Assembly (NCBI GenBank): GCA_965214835.1
Contig: CBDCCK010000002.1
Location: forward strand, 800,001-864,000
Direction of reading: 5' to 3'
Length of the DNA stretch: 64,000 nucleotides
Source of the DNA: Nitrosopumilaceae archaeon
GTDB taxonomy: Archaea > Thermoproteota > Nitrososphaeria > Nitrososphaerales > Nitrosopumilaceae
The notes below the pieces were generated by a model, which saw only the letters and a list, made by a program, of their open reading frames with translations, made no database searches and was not told the origin of the DNA. How positions within the stretch are numbered: position 1 is the stretch's first letter; the number at the start of each line of letters is the position of its first letter. The position numbers were made by a program, and so were the translations under genes. Shown in pieces: positions 53,484 to 62,390 of this stretch.

Positions 53484-54021
53484 GGTTCAGATTTTGAAGT
53501 AGTTCGAGTCCAGTCATTGCATCCTCTTGAGAAATATTCCAGTCAAAGTCTTTTGCAATTGTTTTTACGTCTTCTGCTGAAAACTTGTCTTTGAGTCGGG
53601 ATTCTGAATTTATCAAAATGTAGTGGGCCTTTGCTGCATATGATAGCGGTGTTGGCCTTAGTTTGCAGTGTTCTTTGCATACGCGGACGGTTTTAGAAAT
53701 TGTTTCGTATTCTTTTGGGTATTTTCTCATTGCAGTTTCGGCGTATTTGATTCCGTCTTCTGTTAACTTGTAATTGTAGGTTTCATAGTAGCCTGAAATG
53801 ATGTTTTGATCAATGTATGAAAATTCAGACATGTCTTCCAGTGCGACTGATACTTCCCTGCTGAACGGACCATAGAAATAATGAGTATAGCCTGAAATGT
53901 CCAGATTCTTGATCGTAACTGTATGAAAGTAGACCAGTTTCTGAATTGCTGTTCTGCCTGCCATTTTGTCACCATTTGCATGAATAGTCAGTGCAATAGC
54001 GTCAAAAACATCCAATCCCAT
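53470..54021 (-). CDS. YwgA/DUF4065-like protein
   Basis: GRTAIQKLVYF, HYFYGPFSREV, YKLTEDG. Confidence 0.78.
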   Translation of the reverse strand: MGLDVFDAIALTIHANGDKMAGRTAIQKLVYFHTVTIKNLDISGYTHYFYGPFSREVSVALEDMSEFSYIDQNIISGYYETYNYKLTEDGIKYAETAMRKYPKEYETISKTVRVCKEHCKLRPTPLSYAAKAHYILINSESRLKDKFSAEDVKTIAKDFDWNISQEDAMTGLELLQNLNLVYA

Positions 54022-54474
54022 GCAACATCAAAAAGAATTGTGCGGATTTAAGACTATTGATGGCTTTTTATTTGATATGAATGTAACCGCAGATTGACAA
54101 AGCATGGGTCATATTTCTAGGTGGGACTGATGCCGGCGATGTTCTCTTATGCAAAAACTAGATCCGCCTAAAACCAAGATGATGATCGCCAAATGCCTGA
54201 GACCGTATTGATCGCGCAAAGACGCGGTATGGAGAATGACGGCCAAGGGGCCAATACGCCGTGCGTGGCAATGAATTGGAAAGAGCGTCAGAAAGAGTCA
54301 TCCTACAACCTGCTCTAGGACTTTTCCCCAATGAATGCATTCATCCCAGTCTTCTTTGGCTCCCGGTCTTCCGTTTTTGCCAGATTTTTCAGCACATTTT
54401 GCCTTTAACTGAATCATTGGGGTTCTGTGTAATCTTCGTGATATGGATCTTCTGAATTGAGCCTAACCTGTTCT

Positions 54475-54583
54475 CTTGGGTACTCTGGTAAATCTCCGGG
54501 GTTTTTCAGCACGTAAATGACATTGAGGGCATATTCTACTACAGAGCTTGGGTACTCTGGTAAATCTCCGGGGTTTTTCAGCA
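54475..54583. repeat. Two identical 37-bp repeats separated by 35 bp (CRISPR-like dimensions)
   Basis: CTTGGGTACTCTGGTAAATCTCCGGGGTTTTTCAGCA at 54475 and 54547. Confidence 0.9.
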
Positions 54584-55552
54584 GGGTATTAAGTTAGGGG
54601 TTTGTAGCGTTGACTTAGGGAGCTGTATGTGACTCGGCCGTGGACTCGTCCCCAAACAGCCGTTTCTGCCCAGATCCGTCAAGGGTGTTCTGGAGCCCGG
54701 ATTTCCTTCTGTTCTTTTTTGCGACTTTTGCTTTTTAGGATGCTTGGATTTTCTCGCTTGTGGTTTTTTCTCTGTCTTGCCAATGCTGGCATCTGACTTG
54801 CCAAGGTATGACTCGGACTGTTTTCCCCAGGGCATTCGTTCAAGATCTCGGCGCAACCTCATCGTCTCTACAGAGACCGTGTTCACCCTTTGGAGTAGGT
54901 CTATGACGTGCTCCTTATGATCGGCAAATTTGTACGTGTTGAATTCTTCTCGGACGCTAGGATCATCACAGGATTTTCCAGATATGACGTTTTTTGGTTC
55001 TTTGTAAAACTCTAGGATCCATTCCAGTGCGCATTTTGAGTTGAATTTGTATTGCAACGCTTCTTTTGGCACTCCTTCAAGCATCGTATTATCATCAATC
55101 ATTATGGCAAAATTCGTAACAGCTCGGGCTCTGGAAGTGATTTATGATTTTAGGCACAAATTACATCTGCGAAGATCCCTTTGGCGATAAAATTCATGCC
55201 TGAACTTCCAGAGCCCGAGCTGTTACCAAAATTCTGAGAGTTGTCTTCTTCTTTCGGTTTTTTCAGCATGAGTCGGGTTTGATTTTTTGCAGTCTTTTTG
55301 TCTGCTCGCTTCAATGGATACTTTTTGGCACATTCAAAGTTGACATGGAGATCATACAGTTTCCTGCCTATCTTCACCCAATCATCGAAATCCTCAGCTA
55401 GTGGAATTCTTAGGAATCTGCGTTGCAGATCATACTTGTATTTTTCTTAGTATTTGGGATCGCTGAAAATGGCATAGGTGTAATAGAATATGTCCTCGTC
55501 TGCTATCGCTTTGTTCCTGTAGTGTTTTTGAAATAACTCCAAACCAAAGTCA
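54578..55552 (-). pseudogene. Type ISP restriction-modification enzyme, C-terminal remnant
   Basis: EDIFYYTYA…P.Y, LRIPL, GRKL.DLH.NFE, ALEWIL; frameshifted and interrupted by a MITE. Confidence 0.8.
55116..55226. mobile_element. MITE family B
   Basis: Perfect TIR GTAACAGCTCGGGCTCTGGAAGT; 8-bp TSD CAAAATTC. Confidence 0.93.
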
Positions 55553-55681
55553 ATAGTTCCTCGATGTACTTTTGCAGGCACGATAATTACGCATTGCCGA
55601 TGCGGCCGACTCGTTTGTAAACGATCGCGGAAAGTAGCAGTGGTGCCGTGCCGGGTCTGCAAAAGTACATCTAGGAAGTAC
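55553..55681. mobile_element. 129-bp GTA-ended MITE joining the DUF2075 and type ISP fragments
   Basis: About 25-bp TIR GTACTTCCTAGATGTACTTTTGCAG, left copy decayed; no TSD. Confidence 0.75.
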
Positions 55682-56013
55682 TGACATTGGACTATGTCAC
55701 TTTGTAGGTATTGCTTTTCGCCTACCTTGAACTCTATAACAAACACAATGTCTGAGAAGATCAGTATGACATCTGCCCGCTTTCCCATTCTGGGAATGGA
55801 GTACTCAAAAATGATGCTTCCTGAATCCATGCCCCGTAGCTGCTGCTTTAGGATGTCGATCTCGGACATCCACGCATCCACCTAATTTGAGTCCAGATTC
55901 TTATGCTCGTTCCTTGATGTTAGGATGCCAAGTATCTTGCGTGCATCGCCGTCGTTGCCATCACCTAGAAATCTTTTCAGTTCAATAGAATGGTATGATC
56001 TGTTTGCTCTCAA
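55682..56013 (-). pseudogene. DUF2075 copy 2, N-terminal fragment with internal TAG
   Basis: RSY…N*VDAW..EI.ILK, EYSIPRMGKRAD, EFKVG. Confidence 0.85.
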
Positions 56014-56327
56014 TCGAAACAAGGTTCTTGGCATGTTGCACAAAAATAAGTCTATTGATAATCCCGACAGTTCCGATTGTGTCTAAAAACACAGCAAAAT
56101 GACACATTTGGTGATTAGCTGTCCCATAGGCAACAGGTAGGGTATAAACCCCAAAAAACCGTCCTGATCCGCTAAGGAAATATCTGCTGAGATGGCATAG
56201 TCAGAACTGCTGTCTGTACCAATATCGGTAGCCTTCTTTTTGTCAAAAGATGTGAAAAAGTACGCTATATTGTTAGCTTTGTGCTTTAGTCTAGCTTTTT
56301 ATTCAGATAGCAACTAGTAATTGTCAG

Positions 56328-56834
56328 ATGTTTGATAGGTTCAAGCGCAATGAAGAGGAAGGAGTAGAGATGACTACCGAAAGAGAGGAAATCCCAGGTG
56401 TCCAGGACACACAGTCCGGGGCGGCATCCGAAGAGGCCGCACCAGAGAGGGTTCCAGACTCGGAGATCGGGATTGTAGGCCTTATTGACAAGAGAGCCAA
56501 GCTCGAAGAGGCCATCGATTATGTCGGCTTGATGATCAAGAGTCTCAAGGACAAGAGGACCAATTTGGAAAAAGAGATCGAGGAGGAATCCGTAGATATC
56601 AAAAACCTCAAGGAAAAGCTAGAGAAGGTAAGTGCCTACATTGAGGAAGAGAACAGGGGAATTCAAGACTTGGCAACAAAGCGCTCAAATGTTGAACAGG
56701 AGGCAGACGAGGTTGCCACTCTGATTAATGGATTAAAAAACCGGCTTTCTGGAATCGACCAGGTAATTGACTCAGAAAAGGCCAATATAAAGAAACTAAA
56801 AGACTCTAAAGAGAATTCAGAGTCGGCATTCTAG
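56328..56834 (+). CDS. Coiled-coil protein
   Basis: Long heptad pattern; convergent on cdvB. Confidence 0.8.
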   Translation: MFDRFKRNEEEGVEMTTEREEIPGVQDTQSGAASEEAAPERVPDSEIGIVGLIDKRAKLEEAIDYVGLMIKSLKDKRTNLEKEIEEESVDIKNLKEKLEKVSAYIEEENRGIQDLATKRSNVEQEADEVATLINGLKNRLSGIDQVIDSEKANIKKLKDSKENSESAF

Positions 56835-57466
56835 AAGACCTTGCTATCGATGGATGGCGATGCCGGCATGTCAGGAAACTTGTCGCTGACAGAGTTTTCT
56901 GCAATGGCTGCTGCCTCCCTAAGAATTCTGTCGGTCTCCTCGTTGCTTGGCGTGTCAACGCCAAATGATGCCTCGCCGGAGAACGTGTCAACCATGAATC
57001 CTCCCAGCATCTCTGCCATGCTGTTGATCTCCTGATCCGCGCCCGGCATGAATTTTGCCAGTGATGACTTCATGCTCTTCATCAGGCCGATTGTCGGCAT
57101 GATTGTCGTGACCGTATCGCCAAGATCGTGGTAGGTGGTCAGCCTCAACTCAATCTGCTCTAATGCCATTCTTGCATTGCCTAAAATTTTAGTGACCTTT
57201 CTGATTTCAGCTAGTTCATTTGATAGAACCTTGCTGGTATGAGCATCATGCTGCTGTGTCGCCTCGACAATTCTTTGAAATATTTTAGAGTCCCTTTCCT
57301 GCAGCTTGTTTAACATGGAATCTAACTTTGAAATTTGCTTTTGCAGCCTCTGTATTGCATTCTGGACTCTGGGCTTGAGCGCGCCCTTTGGTTTGATAAC
57401 ATCTGCAATCTTGTCAGATACAGATGGGGAGGGCGTCTTGGACCACTTGTTCTGGATTCCAGTCAT
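56831..57466 (-). CDS. cdvB: CdvB/ESCRT-III (Snf7-family) paralogue
   Basis: LSNELAEIRK, ALEQIELRL.T…GD, EE…IL.EAA. Confidence 0.88.
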   Translation of the reverse strand: MTGIQNKWSKTPSPSVSDKIADVIKPKGALKPRVQNAIQRLQKQISKLDSMLNKLQERDSKIFQRIVEATQQHDAHTSKVLSNELAEIRKVTKILGNARMALEQIELRLTTYHDLGDTVTTIMPTIGLMKSMKSSLAKFMPGADQEINSMAEMLGGFMVDTFSGEASFGVDTPSNEETDRILREAAAIAENSVSDKFPDMPASPSIDSKVF

Positions 57467-57634
57467 GCCTGATGTTTTTGAAATTTGTACTTAATTTCCG
57501 GTGTCAAAGATGGTTCACCGCACATAAAATTTGGCTAACCACGCCTAAATCCAGCTAAGTGAAAAGTACCCCAGCCAGGCAGAAAATCAAGAAATTTAGG
57601 CCATCCTGACAAAACCGGCAGATGCAAACGGATC

Positions 57635-57726
57635 GTATGAGGTCACCTACCCCTGTCAATCAGGCACGAATTGATATCTATGACATGATTTTCACGCCTA
57701 GTCAACAGGGGGACGTGGCCACATAC
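57635..57726. mobile_element. MITE family C
   Basis: GTATGAGGTCAC…GTGGCCACATAC. Confidence 0.85.
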
Positions 57727-57817
57727 GAAAAATTTGTTTACATCCCTATTTGTTCACGCCTGATGAATTAAAAAACAGATCAGAAGAGTTTAAAGAAATA
57801 CAAGGTATTCTAATTAT

Positions 57818-58030
57818 ATGAACACACAAGATAAAACATACACTGTAATCATAGAACAAGATGAAGATGGCATGTATATAGCAAAGGTTCCAGACATCTC
57901 AGGTTGTTACACACAGGGAAAAACAGTGACAGAAGTAACAGAAAGAATCAGAGAAGCTATATCAGCTTGTAGTAAAGATGAAAATATTCAACCATTAAAA
58001 TTTGTAGGGCTACAGCAGATTCAAGCATAA
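57818..58030 (+). CDS. hicB: HicB antitoxin (short)
   Basis: YTVIIEQDEDG.Y…PD..GCYTQG.T..E. Confidence 0.9.
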   Translation: MNTQDKTYTVIIEQDEDGMYIAKVPDISGCYTQGKTVTEVTERIREAISACSKDENIQPLKFVGLQQIQA

Positions 58031-58259
58031 TGAAACTAAATCTTTATCTGGTAAAGATATGTGTAAAATTGTGGAGAAAGTAGGCTTTACAAAAATTCAT
58101 CAAACAGAAAGTCACATAAGATATGTTCATCCTGATGGTCGTAAGACAGTGATTCCAGTACACGGTAATGAAATGCTAGGCAGAGGCTTGATTAACGAAA
58201 TTCTCAGACAAATCAGATTATCTAGAGAAGAATATGAAAAACTCAGACAAAAAATGTAA
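58030..58259 (+). pseudogene. hicA: HicA toxin with 5' frameshift
   Basis: MKL|SLSGKDM…GF…SH…HPDGR..VIPVH; one base missing near 58040. Confidence 0.8.
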
Positions 58260-58528
58260 CTCATTAAAAAATCTAAACTATTCAAAGTATTCTTCGTCAA
58301 TCTTCTTAATCTTTGTGTTCTTCCAGTTTTCTCAAAAGTCCATCACAGGACGGCTCCAAACCCGAAACAATTCAGGTTAGGCTGCCTGCAGATCCACACG
58401 TCACCATCTGCACCGCCACAAGTCGGATTACATCTAGGAAGACTAACCGTTCACCAACCAGGGAATTGGTTAAAAGCGTGCCTGGAGATCAGGGATCTGT
58501 TTACAGGCAGACTGTGTGACGTATATGC

Positions 58529-59005
58529 ATGTACGACAGGCCGATGCCGTCAAACCAAGACATAATGGACGAGGCAGTCAGGAGGCTGATGGATAAAAGC
58601 CCGAGCACGATGTCCGACGAGTCGATCCGCTCCAATTTTTCACATTCCGTCGAGACGCTCTTTAACACCGCATACGAGATATACCGATGGTACGCCCAAA
58701 GGGAGAAGGAGGCCACAATATCCAAAAAGGTAGACAATCTGAGGAAGGACAAGTATGCCGGGGACGAGGTAAAGGCCTTGCTCAGAGAGACGATGGTGGA
58801 CGCGGCCAAGCTGGAGATAAGTCACGAGCAGTCAAGGGAGTCAAGGGCCGACAAGTTATTTGAGATCATAGTAAAGTACCTCCTTGACCGGCTGGGCATA
58901 CCAAGCGAGAGTGTGACGAGGGAGGACAAGGGGTTGGATCTGCGCCACACAGATCTAGTCATCCCCGACAGGGCTGACTTCATCAATTGCTGGCTACAGG
59001 ATTGA
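58529..59005 (+). pseudogene. Truncated EcoRII-C/SsoII-like type II restriction endonuclease
   Basis: QSRESRA..LFE…DLVIP; ends before the expected K…(R)ER motif. Confidence 0.65.
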
Positions 59006-59259
59006 ATATGTCGGGGAAACCCTATTCTTATGTCCGGGCGGGTGAGCTCCCTAGCAAGTGCATCCAGAAGGTGTATTGATTTAGAGATTCCCAGTTACCT
59101 AAGGGAAGGTGACCCATACGGAATATCGGCAATCGCTTTTGGTAAAACTAAACGGCGTGAGAGACATGGTCACTAGGTTCTTATCGGCAGTGCCATCTGG
59201 GAGGCAGGTTCTTGCCCGAATCCGGCTAAATTTATTATGGATTCGGATCAATCAGGACT

Positions 59260-59688
59260 ATGAGGGGGAAAATTGCCGTGGCGGCAGGCATACTGGCAGT
59301 CATCGTCGCATTTGTAGGCATCACATCCCTGGATGACGAGGCAAAAGAGGCGCCTCCGTTCCACGTGACCCTGGCAGACCCCACGCTTTATGTCAACGGG
59401 GAATATACGGAGGAGATCAGGCTGGATCAGGGCAGCTACAGGTTCGGATTTGTCCCAAACGGGGACAGTCCGCAGACCCTTTCAATCAGGATTTCAGGAG
59501 AGTCGTTTTCATTCGAGGAGGACTTTGAGCTCAGGGGCACCCTTCATGATACGGGGATCTCGCAGTATCATACCTGGGAATACCTGGGGCAGGATCGGAT
59601 AGAGGTCTCACAGTCCCAGACCCTGCAGATCACAGTCAATCCAAACGGGAACCTGCTAGGCGCAGTATCAGTCAGCCTGATGAGATAA
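59260..59688 (+). CDS. Membrane-anchored hypothetical protein
   Basis: N-terminal TM helix, FHVTLADP. Confidence 0.75.
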   Translation: MRGKIAVAAGILAVIVAFVGITSLDDEAKEAPPFHVTLADPTLYVNGEYTEEIRLDQGSYRFGFVPNGDSPQTLSIRISGESFSFEEDFELRGTLHDTGISQYHTWEYLGQDRIEVSQSQTLQITVNPNGNLLGAVSVSLMR

Positions 59689-59797
59689 AAGGTGGGCGTG
59701 ACCCCCCATACAGAACCTCCAGAGATTGCCTCTGATGCAGGATTTCATACCTGCGCCCGTTTTCGTTCTGCGGGATCACGCAGTTTTAGTCGATAGG
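59687..59797 (-). ncRNA. Candidate structured small RNA
   Basis: GC-rich four-helix fold between convergent genes; G-U pairs favour the minus strand; AT-rich region upstream, T-run at the 3' end. Confidence 0.55.
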
Positions 59798-59956
59798 AAT
59801 TATATCCATCGGCATTATTTATTATAGAAAATATAACTATTTAACATTTAACCTGATATCTCATATATTATAGCTGGGTTTCTTGTAAAATTTTGGTCTT
59901 AAAACCAAGTTTGTTGAATTTGGAGTAAAAGAAAGTGAAAATTTCACGCCTTTTGA

Positions 59957-60469
59957 TTATTTGACGGTTACCACGCCGACGCGCCATGGATGCAGGGTAC
60001 AAAAGTAGTTGTACACTCCCTCGTCCTCAAAGGGATGCGCGAATCTATCACCGGTCTCAAGAACATCGCTGTTGAAAAAACCGACGACGTTTCCCTTGCC
60101 GTCCTGGCTCTGTACGGTGTGCTCGACCACGTCATCGTTTATCCAGATTACGGTTGTTCCGGCGGCAACCTCCAGGTTCAATGGAAGATAAAATCCCGCG
60201 TTGCCCATGCCGGAGTTTCCATTCGGGATTGTAACGGTGGCGGTCTTGGACTTTGGACTGTCCTGCATGTCTATCACGATCACCCCATGCTCGATCAGGT
60301 ACTTTATGGCGGCAAGAAACTCAGCCTCCGATATGATTCCGTCCCCGTATGCCTTGGCAGTATCCCTGAAAAAATCAGGTACGGACTCGGCAGATATCGC
60401 ATAAGACGTGCCCGTAATCAGGACGGCGCATGCCACAATGACGGTAATTTTGAGGGCATTATTCACCAT
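59957..60469 (-). CDS. Cupredoxin (plastocyanin/azurin-family) protein
   Basis: HTV…YFCTLHPWR; N-terminal G.IS..EFL.AI.YLI module. Confidence 0.88.
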   Translation of the reverse strand: MVNNALKITVIVACAVLITGTSYAISAESVPDFFRDTAKAYGDGIISEAEFLAAIKYLIEHGVIVIDMQDSPKSKTATVTIPNGNSGMGNAGFYLPLNLEVAAGTTVIWINDDVVEHTVQSQDGKGNVVGFFNSDVLETGDRFAHPFEDEGVYNYFCTLHPWRVGVVTVK

Positions 60470-60805
60470 GGTTGCTGCTGCATCACGGGATGGATCAAAT
60501 TAGTATGTTTCGCACCATACAGCTAGAAATGTTCTGAAAAATCGGACAAAAACAACAGCTGGGAAAGAAACACGGCGCCTCAAATAAGCCCAGTAACAAG
60601 ACAGAAGCAACAACCCCGTTTACATTTCACTGAGTTGCTATACAGCTAGGCCGGGCGTGTAAGCCCGATGCCGGGCGGGCCCCGCAGGGGATCCGTCCGG
60701 CCGCCTGCACGCCTCCCTGAATTTCTGACTCCGGCCAGTACGCGCCCCGCTTGGTTGTGATGGGATGAAGCCTTGTTTCAGAGGGCCGGCTTTTCTGACC
60801 CATCA

Positions 60806-61078
60806 TTGGCAAAATATCCCAGAAGGATTATCGCGTTAAGAAAGACGGCATCCGCTGAAATTCCTGCACTGTTCCGTCAAAAACCACAGACTCTCGGACT
60901 CATTTACAGCGCAGTCAGGAAAAGGCATCCAGAGAACTGTGATGATTCTGTGACTTGCACTTGTGGCAGCAAAGCACAAAAGCCAGAATGGAGGCATCAG
61001 ATACGATGGGCGCTGTAGGATCTGAGGTGTGCCAGAAAAATCAATTACAATAAGGAAACAGGGGAATACTCGGCATGA
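60806..61078 (+). pseudogene. Small Mrr_N-like wHTH with in-frame TAG at 61016
   Basis: IY..V…C…C.C…PEWRHQIRWAL*DL…GEY. Confidence 0.55.
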
Positions 61079-61362
61079 GGGATCATGTTCCCCCTGCCGG
61101 CTGGGCATGAAAATCACGGCCGTATGCAGTCCGTGCCTGGCTGCCAAGGGGGTGACCCCGCATTCCTCGAGGATCGAAGCTGAATGCAGGATTTGAAGAG
61201 CCTGCAGCAGGCATGAAGGCGGCCCTCGGGCAGCACGGAGTCAGAGCATGCGGCACTGTCCGCTTGCAGGCGGCCGATACGCGCACCGGACGGATCCCCC
61301 TGCAGGGCCCGCCAGGCATCCGGCCTAGCTGCAAATTAATAGCCTGTCAGAGAAAAGGAACC

Positions 61363-61581
61363 ATGGGATCAGGACGCAGGAGCAAGGCAAGGCTGATAGT
61401 CCTGCTTGCAGTGATCTGGTTTGTCATAACCCTGCCGCTGCCGTTTATCATAAACAACCCGGACGTCTCAGAAAGGCAGTTTTACACAATCATGGGAATC
61501 ATTGCCATAATGTCGGTTCCGTTTATAGTCCTCGGCACGGTATGGACCATAAGGCCGGAGCTGACCAGGGAAAAGGCATGA
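61363..61581 (+). CDS. Small 2-TM protein
   Basis: Hydrophobic; overlaps the cysQ start. Confidence 0.7.
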   Translation: MGSGRRSKARLIVLLAVIWFVITLPLPFIINNPDVSERQFYTIMGIIAIMSVPFIVLGTVWTIRPELTREKA

Positions 61582-62390
61582 AAACCCCGATCTCAAATCC
61601 AAGGCCGGAGCTGCAGCTGGCGATCGATGCGGCATTAAGGGCGGGGGATGCCATACTGGAGGTATATTCAGGGGAGTTTGCGACAAAGACAAAGGCAGAC
61701 GAATCCCCGATTACGGAGGCAGACGTTAGGAGCAACAGGATCATCAAGGAGGTGCTGGGCCGGTCAGGACACCGGATTCTTTCCGAGGAGGACAGCGACG
61801 ACAGGTCCAGGCTCGGACAGGATTTCGTCTGGATAGTTGATCCGCTTGACGGGACCAGCGACTTTGTAAAACGAACCGGCGAGTTTACCGTGATGATATC
61901 GCTGGTTGAAAGGAACATCCCGGTCATCGGCGTCATATACTGGCCTGCTGAGAATACCGTGTTTGTAGCACAAAAAGGCTCGGGTGCATACAGAAGGGCC
62001 GTAGGTGTCTGGAAGAGGATCCGGGTTACCAGGGAGGCGGAGCTGGAAAACTGCAGGGCCGTAGGCAGTAGAATGCACCTGTCAGAGGGGGAAAAGTCCC
62101 TGCTGCAGGGACTGCGGGTAAGGGAGTTCACCGGCATAGGCAGCTCGTTGAAGGTGGGAAAGATAAGCAGCGGCGAGGCCGAGATTTACATCACTACAAC
62201 CGACAGGATGAAGGAGTGGGACACGTGCGCGTCATTTTGCATAATTACCGAGGCCGGGGGCAGGATGACAGACATCCTGGGAAACGTGCTGACATACAAC
62301 AATGAGACGGTCAGCCATCCCAACGGGGTTGTGGCCACCAACGGCGTAATCCATGACAAGGTAATACAGGGCATGAAAAAATCAAAGTAG
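61578..62390 (+). CDS. cysQ: 3'(2'),5'-bisphosphate nucleotidase
   Basis: SEE, VDPLDGTSDF, GEFTV.I, EWDT.A. Confidence 0.9.
   Translation: MKTPISNPRPELQLAIDAALRAGDAILEVYSGEFATKTKADESPITEADVRSNRIIKEVLGRSGHRILSEEDSDDRSRLGQDFVWIVDPLDGTSDFVKRTGEFTVMISLVERNIPVIGVIYWPAENTVFVAQKGSGAYRRAVGVWKRIRVTREAELENCRAVGSRMHLSEGEKSLLQGLRVREFTGIGSSLKVGKISSGEAEIYITTTDRMKEWDTCASFCIITEAGGRMTDILGNVLTYNNETVSHPNGVVATNGVIHDKVIQGMKKSK

Noticed and set aside
51484-55226. TTCCAGAG words in family B as ORB origin boxes
   Set aside because: They are part of MITE TIRs with TSDs; no full ORB and no orc1/cdc6 nearby
59730-59760. FMN or cobalamin riboswitch, or hammerhead ribozyme
   Set aside because: Only a T-loop-like hairpin resembles them; other conserved cores, including CUGAUGA, are missing and there is no downstream co-oriented gene
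18048-61018. In-frame TAG codons (IS481 copies, DUF2075 fragment, wHTH) as amber recoding
   Set aside because: Core genes such as pyrB, atpK, atpI and atpC end in TAG at their normal C-termini, and there are no pyl genes; the TAGs lie in decayed genes
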